A stretch of DNA of 64,000 nucleotides, taken from an uncultured Chloroflexia bacterium (lineage in GTDB: Bacteria; Chloroflexota; Limnocylindria; Limnocylindrales; CSP1-4). The stretch spans positions 903,668-967,667 of the forward strand of contig CAVTML010000002.1 in NCBI GenBank assembly GCA_963735865.1, in the 5' to 3' direction. A program made the position numbers and the translations under genes. The notes under the pieces were generated by a model, which worked only from the letters and a program-made list of their open reading frames with translations, did not search any database and was not told the DNA's origin. Below, in pieces: positions 17,757-26,820 of this stretch (position 1 is its first letter; every line of letters begins with the position of its first letter).

Positions 17757-18641
17757 CTATGCCCGCATCCGTTCCGCGAGGGCATCGGGCCACGGCCGCA
17801 TGACCACGCCGAGCGCCGCCGCCCGACCGGCGTCCAGCACGGCCCAGCGGGGGGGCCGCGAGTCTCGCTTGAAGGCATCCTGGCTGATCGGCCGCACGGG
17901 GGTCTCCCGACCGGCGCCCACGAGGACGGACCGGGCCCATTCGAGACGTGACACCTGCCCGGCGTTGACCAGGTGGTACAGGCCACCTGGCGCCCGCTCG
18001 ATCAGCTCGAGCAGGGCGGCCGCGAGGTCCGGCGCGTAGGTCGGCGACCCGACCTCATCGGCGACCATCGGGAGCGCCTCGCCCGGCGGGAGCCGGTCGG
18101 CGGCGGCGAGGATCTTGGTCGGGAAGTCGGGTGCGCCGGGGCCGAACAGCCAGGCCGTGCGGATGACCCACAGGTCGGCAGAGCGGCCGGCGCGGCCGAA
18201 GGCCACCACGGCTGCCCGTTCTCCGGCCAGCTTGCTGGCGCCGTAGGCGTTGGGTGGCTCGACCGGATCGTCCTCGCGGTAGGGGCGGCCATCGGTGCGT
18301 GAGCCGTCGAAGACCTCGTTGGTGGACACGAGGACGAGACGGGCGCCCGCCGCCGCGGTGGCCTCGGCCAGTTCGCGGACCGCCCGGGCGTTGCGCCGCA
18401 TGGCCGTTTCCGGGTCACGAGCGCAGCCATCCACGTCCGTCCAGGCGGCGCAGTGGATCACGATCTTCGGGCGGTCACGGGCCACCAGCGCCGCCGCCGC
18501 GTCGGCCGAGTCCAGGTCGTACGCCGGGCGATCCCATGCCACGACGGGGGCGCCGGCCGAGACCAGGTGCGCCATGAGCGCGCGTCCCAGCCGGCCGCGG
18601 GCGCCGGTGACGACGGTCGGCGCCTCCGCGGGCCCGGTCAC
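17757..18641 (-). CDS. rfbD: dTDP-4-dehydrorhamnose reductase
   Basis: GTG 18641 overlaps the rfbB stop. VTGARGRLG Rossmann motif and YGASKLAGE. Confidence 0.85.
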   Translation of the reverse strand: MTGPAEAPTVVTGARGRLGRALMAHLVSAGAPVVAWDRPAYDLDSADAAAALVARDRPKIVIHCAAWTDVDGCARDPETAMRRNARAVRELAEATAAAGARLVLVSTNEVFDGSRTDGRPYREDDPVEPPNAYGASKLAGERAAVVAFGRAGRSADLWVIRTAWLFGPGAPDFPTKILAAADRLPPGEALPMVADEVGSPTYAPDLAAALLELIERAPGGLYHLVNAGQVSRLEWARSVLVGAGRETPVRPISQDAFKRDSRPPRWAVLDAGRAAALGVVMRPWPDALAERMRA

Positions 18642-19681
18642 GCCTCGACGGAATTGGCCAGGCGCTGGCCGTACTGGCGCTCGTAGTAGGCGTCCCAGGC
18701 CGCGTCCCGCCGGCGGCGCCACCAGGCCTCGTGGTCGCGGTACCAGGCCACGGTGCGGGTCATGCCGTCCTCGAAGTCGATCGCGGCGCGCCAGCCAAGG
18801 GCCTCCGCCCGCGTCCCGTCCATGGCGTAGCGGCGGTCGTGGCCCGGCCGGTCCGGCACGCGGCGGGCCAGCGACCAGGGCTTGTGGAGGCGTTCCAGGA
18901 TCGCCGCCGTGACCTCCCGGTTGGTCCGCTCGCCGGCGCCGGGCAGGTTGTAGACGCCGCCGCTGGCGCCCCGCTCGAGGACGGCGGCCACCCCGTCGGC
19001 GTGGTCGTCGACGTAGAGCCAGTCGCGCCGCTGGAGGCCGTCGCCGTAGATCGGCAGCGGCAGGTCCTGGATGGCGCTGGTGACGAAGAGGGGCACCAGC
19101 TTCTCGGGGTGCTGGTGCGGGCCGTACGTGTTGGCGCCGCGCGTGATGACGGTGTCCAGGCCGTGCGTCACGCGGTAGGCCTGCACGAGCAGCTCGCCGG
19201 CGGCCTTGGCCGCGGCGTACGGGCTGCGCGGCGCCAGGGGGTCGCCCTCCCTGCTCTCGCCCGTTTCCACCGAGCCGTAGACCTCGTCGGTCGAGACCTG
19301 CAGCAGGCGGCGTGGCCGCGCATCGGCCGCCGCGGCGGCGCGCACCGCCTCCAGCAGCACGTGCACGCCGATGACACCCGTGCGCAGGAAGTCGTCGGCG
19401 GCGAGGATGCTGCGGTCGACGTGCGACTCGGCCGCGAAGTTGACCACCGCGTCGGCCTCCGCCACGAGCGGCGCCACGACCGCCGCGTCGGCGATGTCGC
19501 CGCGGACGAAACGCAGCCGCCCGGCCGCGGCGGGGTCCTCGAATGCCTCGTCCAGGTTGTCGCGGTCGCCGGCGTAGGTGAGCTTGTCCAGGACCACCAG
19601 CTCATCGCTGGTGGCCGCCAGGCGCCGCCGGACGAAGGCGCTGCCGATGAAGCCGGCGCCGCCGGTCACGAGCAGCTTCAC
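18638..19681 (-). CDS. rfbB: dTDP-glucose 4,6-dehydratase
   Basis: GTG 19681 overlaps the rfbA stop. VTGGAGFIGS and YAAAKAAGE (YxxxK). Confidence 0.9.
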   Translation of the reverse strand: MKLLVTGGAGFIGSAFVRRRLAATSDELVVLDKLTYAGDRDNLDEAFEDPAAAGRLRFVRGDIADAAVVAPLVAEADAVVNFAAESHVDRSILAADDFLRTGVIGVHVLLEAVRAAAAADARPRRLLQVSTDEVYGSVETGESREGDPLAPRSPYAAAKAAGELLVQAYRVTHGLDTVITRGANTYGPHQHPEKLVPLFVTSAIQDLPLPIYGDGLQRRDWLYVDDHADGVAAVLERGASGGVYNLPGAGERTNREVTAAILERLHKPWSLARRVPDRPGHDRRYAMDGTRAEALGWRAAIDFEDGMTRTVAWYRDHEAWWRRRRDAAWDAYYERQYGQRLANSVEA

Positions 19682-20475
19682 GCCGTGCCCGTCTCCCCGT
19701 TGGCCGGCCGCGGGCCGCGCCGATCGGCCACCGGCGGCGCGGCAAGGTGCCCCTCGGCCGCGGCGTGGCTGGCCGCCATCGAGGCGTGCAGGAGCGACTC
19801 CACGGTCCCCGCGTCGGACCACTCGCCCTCGTAGCGGCGCCAGAAGAAGCGGCCCGACCCGACGTAGTGGTTGAGCACGTCGGTGATCTCGAATTCGCCG
19901 CGTCCCGACGGCGAGAGGCCCTCGATGACCTCGAACGCATCGGGCCGCAGGAAGTAGACGCCGATGGGGATCAGGTCGCTCTTTGGCGTGGCCGGCTTCT
20001 CCTCGAAGCCCACGACATGGCCGGCGGCGTCGAACTCGGCGACGCCGAAGCGCTCCGGGTCGGGCACCTGGTAGAGGAGGGTGCCGGCGTCGAAGGGGCC
20101 CTCCTCGAAGTCACGGGCCGTGTCGGCGAGGGGCGGGCCGATGAGGATGTTGTCACCGAGCACGACGCAGAACGCCTCGCGGCCCACGAAATCGCGGGCC
20201 AGGCCGATGGCGTGGGCGATGCCAAGCGCGCCGCGCTGGTAGCGGTAGGTGAGGTCGAGGCCGAAGTCCCGCCCGTCGGCCAGCAGCTCGACGATGTCGC
20301 CCACGCTCCGGCCACCGAGCACGACCATCACTTCGCGCACGCCCATGCCACGCAGCGTCTCGATGGGGTAGAAGAGCATCGGCCGGTCGTGGATGGGCAG
20401 CAGGTGCTTGTTGGTGACCGTCGTCAGGGGATACAGCCGGGTCGCCGTGCCGCCGGCCAGGATGAGGCCCTTCAC
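19678..20475 (-). CDS. rfbA: glucose-1-phosphate thymidylyltransferase-type sugar nucleotidyltransferase
   Basis: 265 aa. LAGGTATRLYPLT motif. First gene of the rfbA-B-D operon. Confidence 0.85.
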   Translation of the reverse strand: MKGLILAGGTATRLYPLTTVTNKHLLPIHDRPMLFYPIETLRGMGVREVMVVLGGRSVGDIVELLADGRDFGLDLTYRYQRGALGIAHAIGLARDFVGREAFCVVLGDNILIGPPLADTARDFEEGPFDAGTLLYQVPDPERFGVAEFDAAGHVVGFEEKPATPKSDLIPIGVYFLRPDAFEVIEGLSPSGRGEFEITDVLNHYVGSGRFFWRRYEGEWSDAGTVESLLHASMAASHAAAEGHLAAPPVADRRGPRPANGETGTA

Positions 20476-20481
20476 CGGCTC

Positions 20482-20487
20482 ATCGTA
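20482..20487 (-). promoter_or_regulatory. -10-like hexamer TACGAT, 6 nt before the rfbA GTG
   Basis: Minus strand reads TACGAT-gagccg-GTG. Confidence 0.4.
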
Positions 20488-20591
20488 GCCGACCGGTGGG
20501 ACGAAAAGATCACGCCGACGGCCTGCCCCAGGTTGGTAGACTCGTCCCGTCGGCGGGCCGCCCAGCGCCCGGACGGGACAGGAGGGATCGC

Positions 20592-23156
20592 ATGCGCCAG
20601 CGGGTCCTGACCACGGTCGCCGCGCTCGTCCTCCTCGCCGGCGCCTTGCCGGGGGCGTCCCCCGTGCTCGCCGCGAACCCCGTCATCGCGCCTGTGGCTG
20701 CGGCGCGAGTCCTGCCCATGACGGTGGACCGCTCGGTGCAGACGCGGACCGTGGACGTGGCCTCGGCCGCGGTCGCCGTACCCCGGACCGCGCCGGTGGC
20801 TCTTCCGCCGCTCCACCCCGCCGCGGGCGGACCCGCAGCCAGCCATCCCCTCATCACGACGCCGAGCCCGGTCCAGGCGACCAGCAACGGCGACCCTGCC
20901 GTGCCGACCACGCTCGTCAGCCGGCCGGGCCTGACCAATGCCGACGTCGTCGCCCCTGGGGACCCCTACGTGGCCGTGGGCGTCTCCGAGGTCGTGGAGA
21001 TGGTGAACGAGCAGATCCGCATCACCGACCGGCGGGGCACGCAGCAGACGGACATCCAGCAGGACTTCTTCTTCGGCGGCAGTGGCACCGGTTTCGGCAC
21101 CGGCCGCATCATCTATGACAGCCTCCACCAGCGCTGGCTGGCGGTGCGTGAGCGCATCGACTGCCAGGCGGCGGCGCCGGGGCCGGTCGGCTACATCGAC
21201 TTCGCCCGCTCCGACTCATCCGACCCGCGCGGCACCTGGCTGGTGCGTTCGCTTGGCTTCGGCCAGAACCTGCCCGATCTGCCGACCATCGGCACGTCGA
21301 CCGACAAGATCGCCTTCGGCGCCGACATCTACACGCTCGGCAGCGACGGCAGCGGCCCGCTGACATGCCTGGGCACGGGGTTTGGCACCCTCATGGGCGG
21401 CAAGCTGGTGGTCATGAACTGGGCGGCCGCCCTCGGCACCGGCTCGCTCGACTTCGCGACGTCGGTCAGCGGCGGCTTCACGTCCACCCTGGAGTGGCAG
21501 CCCGCCATCCAGGAACCGGCCACCAGCAGCACCCTCTTCGGGGCCTTCCAGTACGACACGAGTGGTTCCGGCGGCAGCGCCACCGGGTTCGGCTACCTTC
21601 GGGCCACCGGGCTGGAGGGCGGCAGCCTCACCGTGTTCATCGACAGTCTGACGGACGGCTTCGTCTCTGCCGCGTTCGCGGCCCAGGGCGCCCTGACGCC
21701 GCCCCGCGAACCAAGCTCCGGCCCGCTCACCCTGGGCATCCGGGCCGGACCCAGCGGGGCCGTCTGGCAGGGCGACCGGCTGTTCGTGGTCTCGGCCTGG
21801 GGCGCCACCCCGAGTGGCGACACCATGGCCCGCGACACGGTCCGGGTGACCCAGCTCGACACCACCGGCGGCGACTTCCCCACCGAGGCCCAGGACTTCT
21901 ACGTGGCGTTGACCGGCGTCGATCTGTACGGCGGGGGCATCGGCCTCGACGGCAACGGCACGCTCCACGTCGTCGGCACGGCCAGCGGCCCCAGCCAGTC
22001 CATCGCCTCGTTCGATGTCTACCAGCGCGCCCGCGACGCGGCCAACAGCGTCAGCGCCATGGCCGGCATGGCCGGCGGGACCGACGACTACACCGGCTCG
22101 CGTTGGGCCAACTACGTCGGGGTGGCCCCCGACCCGACCGACTCGGACGAGGCCTGGATCGGGACCCAGTTCGCCACCGCGACCGGGGACTGGACGACCG
22201 ACGTGTCGGCGTTGCTGCCCGAGAACGAGGTCGCCCGCCTGTACGGCAACGACCGGTACACCACCGCGGTAGCGGTCAGTGACGTGTTCTTCTTCACCGG
22301 CGCGAGCCAGGTCTTCATCGCGTCCGGGGCCAATTACCCCGACGCGCTGGCTGGTGCGGCCGTGGCCGGCCCCCTGGGGGCGCCGCTGCTGCTCGTGCCG
22401 CCCGGCTCGACCATCCCCCTCGCGGTCGATCGTGAGCTGCGCCGCCTCGCGCCCACCGACATCTACGTCCTGGGCGGCCTGGCCAGTGTCTCGGCGGCCA
22501 TCCAGTCAGCGCTCGCCGCGTACGTCGGTGGCGGGACGCATGTCCACCGCGTGTCAGGCACCGACCGCTACGGCACCTCGGCGGCGATCGCCGCCCAGTT
22601 CGCCAGCGCCACCGGCCATCACGTCTACGTGGCCAACGGCACCGAGTTCCCCGACGCCCTCGCCGGAGGGCCGCTGGCGGCCAAGAACGGCGGGCCCCTG
22701 CTGCTCCTGACGAAGAACACCATCCCCGCTGCGACCGCGACCGAGCTGGGGCTGCTGGCGCCGGCCGACATCACCATCCTGGGCGGCGTGGGGGCGGTCT
22801 CCCCGGCCGTCGAGACCGCCCTCAAGGCGTTCGTGGGGCACGATGCCGCGAGGGTCCACCGCATCGGTGGTACCGATCGCTACGACACGGCCCGCAAGAT
22901 CGTCCAGAACGGCTGGCCGACGAGCCCGCAGGGCACCATCTACCTCGCCTCAGGGGCCAACTTCCCGGACGCTCTGGCCGGTGCCGCGAGGGCGGGTACG
23001 ACGGGGGCGCCGCTGCTCCTGCTCACGGCCACCGGCATCCCCGCCCCGACGGCCGCGGAGCTGACCTTCCTGGATCCGGACTTCCTGGTGCTCCTTGGCG
23101 GACCGGTCTCGGTGGGCGACCCGGTGAAGCTGATCCTGGAGGGATCCCTGCCCTGA
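20592..23156 (+). CDS. secreted wall-associated protein with three C-terminal CWB2 (cell wall binding repeat 2) modules
   Basis: GGAGGGA box before ATG 20592. Signal peptide LLAGALPGASPVLAANP. Three repeats of DRYxTA...GANxPDALAG...PLLL. Confidence 0.8.
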   Translation: MRQRVLTTVAALVLLAGALPGASPVLAANPVIAPVAAARVLPMTVDRSVQTRTVDVASAAVAVPRTAPVALPPLHPAAGGPAASHPLITTPSPVQATSNGDPAVPTTLVSRPGLTNADVVAPGDPYVAVGVSEVVEMVNEQIRITDRRGTQQTDIQQDFFFGGSGTGFGTGRIIYDSLHQRWLAVRERIDCQAAAPGPVGYIDFARSDSSDPRGTWLVRSLGFGQNLPDLPTIGTSTDKIAFGADIYTLGSDGSGPLTCLGTGFGTLMGGKLVVMNWAAALGTGSLDFATSVSGGFTSTLEWQPAIQEPATSSTLFGAFQYDTSGSGGSATGFGYLRATGLEGGSLTVFIDSLTDGFVSAAFAAQGALTPPREPSSGPLTLGIRAGPSGAVWQGDRLFVVSAWGATPSGDTMARDTVRVTQLDTTGGDFPTEAQDFYVALTGVDLYGGGIGLDGNGTLHVVGTASGPSQSIASFDVYQRARDAANSVSAMAGMAGGTDDYTGSRWANYVGVAPDPTDSDEAWIGTQFATATGDWTTDVSALLPENEVARLYGNDRYTTAVAVSDVFFFTGASQVFIASGANYPDALAGAAVAGPLGAPLLLVPPGSTIPLAVDRELRRLAPTDIYVLGGLASVSAAIQSALAAYVGGGTHVHRVSGTDRYGTSAAIAAQFASATGHHVYVANGTEFPDALAGGPLAAKNGGPLLLLTKNTIPAATATELGLLAPADITILGGVGAVSPAVETALKAFVGHDAARVHRIGGTDRYDTARKIVQNGWPTSPQGTIYLASGANFPDALAGAARAGTTGAPLLLLTATGIPAPTAAELTFLDPDFLVLLGGPVSVGDPVKLILEGSLP

Positions 23157-23157
23157 G

Positions 23158-24426
23158 TCAGGAGCCGCGGCGCGAGAAGAGCCGCGGCAGGCGATGCTTC
23201 CAGCCGCTCGGCAGGACGGTGTCGATGGCGTCGTCGATGGTGACGATGCCCTCGAGGCGGCCTTCATCGTCCACGACCGGCACGGCCAGCAGGTTGTAGC
23301 GAGCCACGACCTGGGCCACCTCGTCCTCGTCGGCCAGCACGCCCACCGCCACCGGCTCGGGGAACATGAAGGTGCGCACCAGGGTGTCCGGGGGCGACAC
23401 GATCAGGTCGCGCAGGGAGACGACCCCGACCAGGTGTTCCGCGTCGTCGACGACGTAGATGTAGTAGATCGTCTCGGCGTCGGGCTCCAGCTCGCGCAGG
23501 CGCTGGATGGTCTGCTCGGCCGTCAGGTCGTCGCGCACGGCCACGAACTCGGTCGTCATCATGCCGCCCGCCGAGTCCTCGGGGTAGCCCAGCAACTCGG
23601 CCATCTCCCGGGCCTCGGTGGGCTCCATGAGGGGCAGGATCTCGTCGCGGGCGGTCCGTGACAGGTCGGCGATGAGGTCGGCGGCGTCGTCGGGGCTCAT
23701 CTCCTCGAGGATGTCGGCGGCGCGCTCCGGGAGGAGGTCCTCCAGGACCTCGACCTGTGTGTCGGGCTCCATCTCCTCGATGGCGTCGGCCGCGGCCTCG
23801 TCGTCCAGGCTGGCCAGCACGCCGGCCCGGTCGCGCGGCGCCAGCTGGTCGATGATCGAGGCCAGGTCGGCCGGGTGCAGCTCGCGCAGGCCGGCGTGGG
23901 GCACGCGCAGGCGGATCGAGGCGATCGACGTCTCGACCGGGTCCACGTCCTCCCAGTCGATGTAGCGCTCGGGCAGCGGCAGGCGCAGGTTGCGGGCGAT
24001 GGTGCGATACGGCCCCTCGATGCCCAGCCGTCGCAGCAGGCCGGCCGCCCCCACGTCGACCGCCACGAGGTGCAGCATGCCCTCGAGCTCGTCGAGGCGG
24101 AGGTCGTTGACGCGCACGACCTTGCGCCCGTCCAGGTCCACGATCTGCTTGTCCTGCAGGTCCGCCTGGAGCAGCAGCTCGTTGGGGCGCTGGCGGAACT
24201 TCGTGATGTCGATGCGGTCGGTGTTGAGGGTCGCCCCGGCGAGGTCGAAGGAGGCCACGTCCGACCAGGGCAGGAAGATACGCCGGCCGTCGGTGCGCAC
24301 GACGAGCCCGGTCACCGGCGGATAGCGGTCGCCGATGGCGACGATCAGGTCGGCCACCTTGCCGATGGCCTCGCCCTGCGGATCACGGACGGGGCGGCCC
24401 ACGACCTGGCTCAGGTAGAACTGCAT
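23158..24426 (-). CDS. MgtE-N/CBS-pair Mg-sensor protein with N-terminal PRC-barrel-like repeats, no membrane domain
   Basis: Acidic MgtE N-domain helices (EEMEPDTQVEVLEDLLPERAADILEEMSPDDAADLIADL) then two CBS motifs. The ORF ends without any TM segment. Confidence 0.8.
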   Translation of the reverse strand: MQFYLSQVVGRPVRDPQGEAIGKVADLIVAIGDRYPPVTGLVVRTDGRRIFLPWSDVASFDLAGATLNTDRIDITKFRQRPNELLLQADLQDKQIVDLDGRKVVRVNDLRLDELEGMLHLVAVDVGAAGLLRRLGIEGPYRTIARNLRLPLPERYIDWEDVDPVETSIASIRLRVPHAGLRELHPADLASIIDQLAPRDRAGVLASLDDEAAADAIEEMEPDTQVEVLEDLLPERAADILEEMSPDDAADLIADLSRTARDEILPLMEPTEAREMAELLGYPEDSAGGMMTTEFVAVRDDLTAEQTIQRLRELEPDAETIYYIYVVDDAEHLVGVVSLRDLIVSPPDTLVRTFMFPEPVAVGVLADEDEVAQVVARYNLLAVPVVDDEGRLEGIVTIDDAIDTVLPSGWKHRLPRLFSRRGS

Positions 24427-24596
24427 GCGGAACCTCGTCGGCGGGGATGCCGGGGCCATGCTGGGGGGACCGCTGGCAGTGTAAGTCGGCACGGCGCGGA
24501 GCGGCAACCTCGCGCCACGGCGTCCCAGTTCGCGGCCAGTACGTCCGGGCCGCCCGAGGGTACCTCTGGTCCTGTCCGGCGGCGTCCGGCCACCCA

Positions 24597-24602
24597 TACG
24601 AT
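24597..24602 (+). promoter_or_regulatory. -10-like hexamer TACGAT, 6 nt before in-frame GTG 24609
   Basis: TACGAT-cgtgcc-GTG. Confidence 0.4.
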
Positions 24603-24608
24603 CGTGCC

Positions 24609-26756
24609 GTGGACGAGCCCATGCCGCCCCGCCATGCCCCGCGCCCGGCGTCGGGGCACGCCCGCCATCGACCGGTCGGCGCGCCGGCGCCCGAGGCGCC
24701 CCCCGGCAACGAGCGGTTCTTCAGCTCGCTGGCCCACGCCGCGGCGCGCCTGTCGGGCAGCCTCGAGCGCGCCGCGATCCTGCACATCGTCGTCGGCGAG
24801 GTGGCCGAGACCCTCCAGGTCGACGCGGTCACGGTCCGGCTGATCGACGACGAGGGCCGCCTGCCGGTCCTCGCCTGGGCGGGCCTGCCCGCCCGCCAGG
24901 CCCGCCGCCTGCCCCCCTTCACGGTCGACGAGCCGTGGTTCGCCCGGCTGCGGCGCAGCCCGCGGCCGTGGGTCCGCCACCGCCTCGCCCCCGACGATGC
25001 CTACGATCCCGACCTTCGCTTCGAGGCCTCGGCCGTGGTGCCGCTGGTCCAGGAGCGCCAGGTCATCGGCCTGCTGTCGGCGGTGCGTCGCGTCGCCCGC
25101 AACTGGGCGCCCGAGGAAGTTGCCTTCCTGGAGGCCGTGGCCGGGCAGGCCGCCATCGCCCTCCACAACGCCGGCCTGTACGAAGAGGCCCACCGCTGGG
25201 CCGGGCAGCTCTCGGTGGTCCAGGCCTCGGTCAACCGCATGAACCGCCTCACCTCGGTCGCCGAGATCGGCGAGGCCGTCGTGGAGGAGACCCGCCGCGT
25301 CGTCGACTACCACAACTGCCGCGTCTACGTCATCGAGCCGCCGGATGTCGTGCCCATCGCCTTCAAGGGCGACGTCGGGACGTACGACACGATCCCGGTC
25401 GACGTCCTGCGGACGCGCATCGGCGAGGGCTTCACCGGCTGGGTGGCGGAGCACGGCGAGCCGCTCCTCATCCACGACGCCAACGCCGACCCGCGCGGCG
25501 CGACCATCCCCGGCACCGACAACGTCGACGAGTCGATGGTCGTGGTGCCCATGAAGTACGACGACCTGGCCATCGGGGTGGTGACCCTCTCCAAGCTCGG
25601 CCTGCGGCAGTTCGACCTGCGCGACCTGCAGCTGATGCAGATCCTGGCCAACGCCGCCGCCACGGCCATCCAGTCGGCGCGGGCCCTGGCCGAGACGCGG
25701 CAGGCCGCCGAGCGGATGCAGAACCTGCTGCAGATGTCGAGCGAGCTGACGCTCAGCCTGGAGCCCGCCACGGTGGCCGACATCCTGGCTCGCCACCTCT
25801 CCGAGGCGACCGGCCTTGACGAGTGCACCATCAGCTTCTGGGAGCGCGAGACCGACCGCATCGTCTCGTGGGGCTTCTGGCCGCCGCGTGCCGCCCCCGA
25901 CCGCACCGAGATCTACGACCTGGGCGCCTTCCCCGAGACACGGCGCGTGCTTGAGCAGCAGGTGGCCGCCACGATCGACCGCCACGACGAAGCCGCGGAT
26001 GAGGCCGAGCGGGACGAGCTGGGCCTCCTGGGCTTCGACGGCATGTGCATGCTGCCGCTGGTGGCCAAGGGCCAGTCGATCGGGCTCATCGAGCTGTACG
26101 GGCGCATGCCCATCCACCTCGACGCTGCCCAGCTGGACCTGGCTCGCGCGATGGCCAACGAAGCCGCCATGGCCCTGGAGAACGCCCGCCTCTACGAGGC
26201 CGCGCGGCGCCTCGCCGACCGCGACCCGCTGACGGGGTTCCTGAACCACCGCGCCTTCCACGAGCGCCTCGGCGAGGAGATCCTGCGGGGCCACCGCAGC
26301 CGCCGGCCGGTCGGCCTGCTGATGCTTGACGTGGACGACTTCAAGCTCGTCAACGACACGCTCGGCCACCAGATCGGGGACCAGGTCCTGCGGTGGGCCA
26401 GCGAGTGCATCGCCGCGACCCTCCGCGCGACGGACGTGGCGGCCCGTTACGGCGGTGACGAGTTCGCCGTGATCCTGCCCGAGGCCGAGGCGGCCGATGC
26501 CCAGCAGGCCGCCATGCGCATCATCGAGACCTTTGCCGCCAAGGCCTTCCAGACCGAAGCCCGCGGCGAGGTGCCCATCGCCGTGTCGATCGGGGTGGCC
26601 GCGTATCCGGTGGATGCGCGCTCGGCCGGCGACCTCGTCGGCGCGGCCGACGCCGCCCTCTACAGCGTCAAGCGCGCGGCCGGTGGCGCCTGGGCCCTGG
26701 CCGGCCAACCGGAGGTCCCGACGCCGGCCCCCACGCTGGTTCGCGCCGCCGGCTGA
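24609..26756 (+). CDS. multi-GAF diguanylate cyclase (GGDEF)
   Basis: GAF-like repeats, then DPLTGFLNHRAF...DVDDFKLVND...RYGGDEFAV. Start could be GTG 24609 or ATG 24621. Confidence 0.85.
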   Translation: MDEPMPPRHAPRPASGHARHRPVGAPAPEAPPGNERFFSSLAHAAARLSGSLERAAILHIVVGEVAETLQVDAVTVRLIDDEGRLPVLAWAGLPARQARRLPPFTVDEPWFARLRRSPRPWVRHRLAPDDAYDPDLRFEASAVVPLVQERQVIGLLSAVRRVARNWAPEEVAFLEAVAGQAAIALHNAGLYEEAHRWAGQLSVVQASVNRMNRLTSVAEIGEAVVEETRRVVDYHNCRVYVIEPPDVVPIAFKGDVGTYDTIPVDVLRTRIGEGFTGWVAEHGEPLLIHDANADPRGATIPGTDNVDESMVVVPMKYDDLAIGVVTLSKLGLRQFDLRDLQLMQILANAAATAIQSARALAETRQAAERMQNLLQMSSELTLSLEPATVADILARHLSEATGLDECTISFWERETDRIVSWGFWPPRAAPDRTEIYDLGAFPETRRVLEQQVAATIDRHDEAADEAERDELGLLGFDGMCMLPLVAKGQSIGLIELYGRMPIHLDAAQLDLARAMANEAAMALENARLYEAARRLADRDPLTGFLNHRAFHERLGEEILRGHRSRRPVGLLMLDVDDFKLVNDTLGHQIGDQVLRWASECIAATLRATDVAARYGGDEFAVILPEAEAADAQQAAMRIIETFAAKAFQTEARGEVPIAVSIGVAAYPVDARSAGDLVGAADAALYSVKRAAGGAWALAGQPEVPTPAPTLVRAAG

Positions 26757-26820
26757 ACCGCGCGGCGGCGGCGCTCAGGGTCGGGCCGCGCCCGACCGCG
26801 GCGTCGGGCACACTGGGGCG

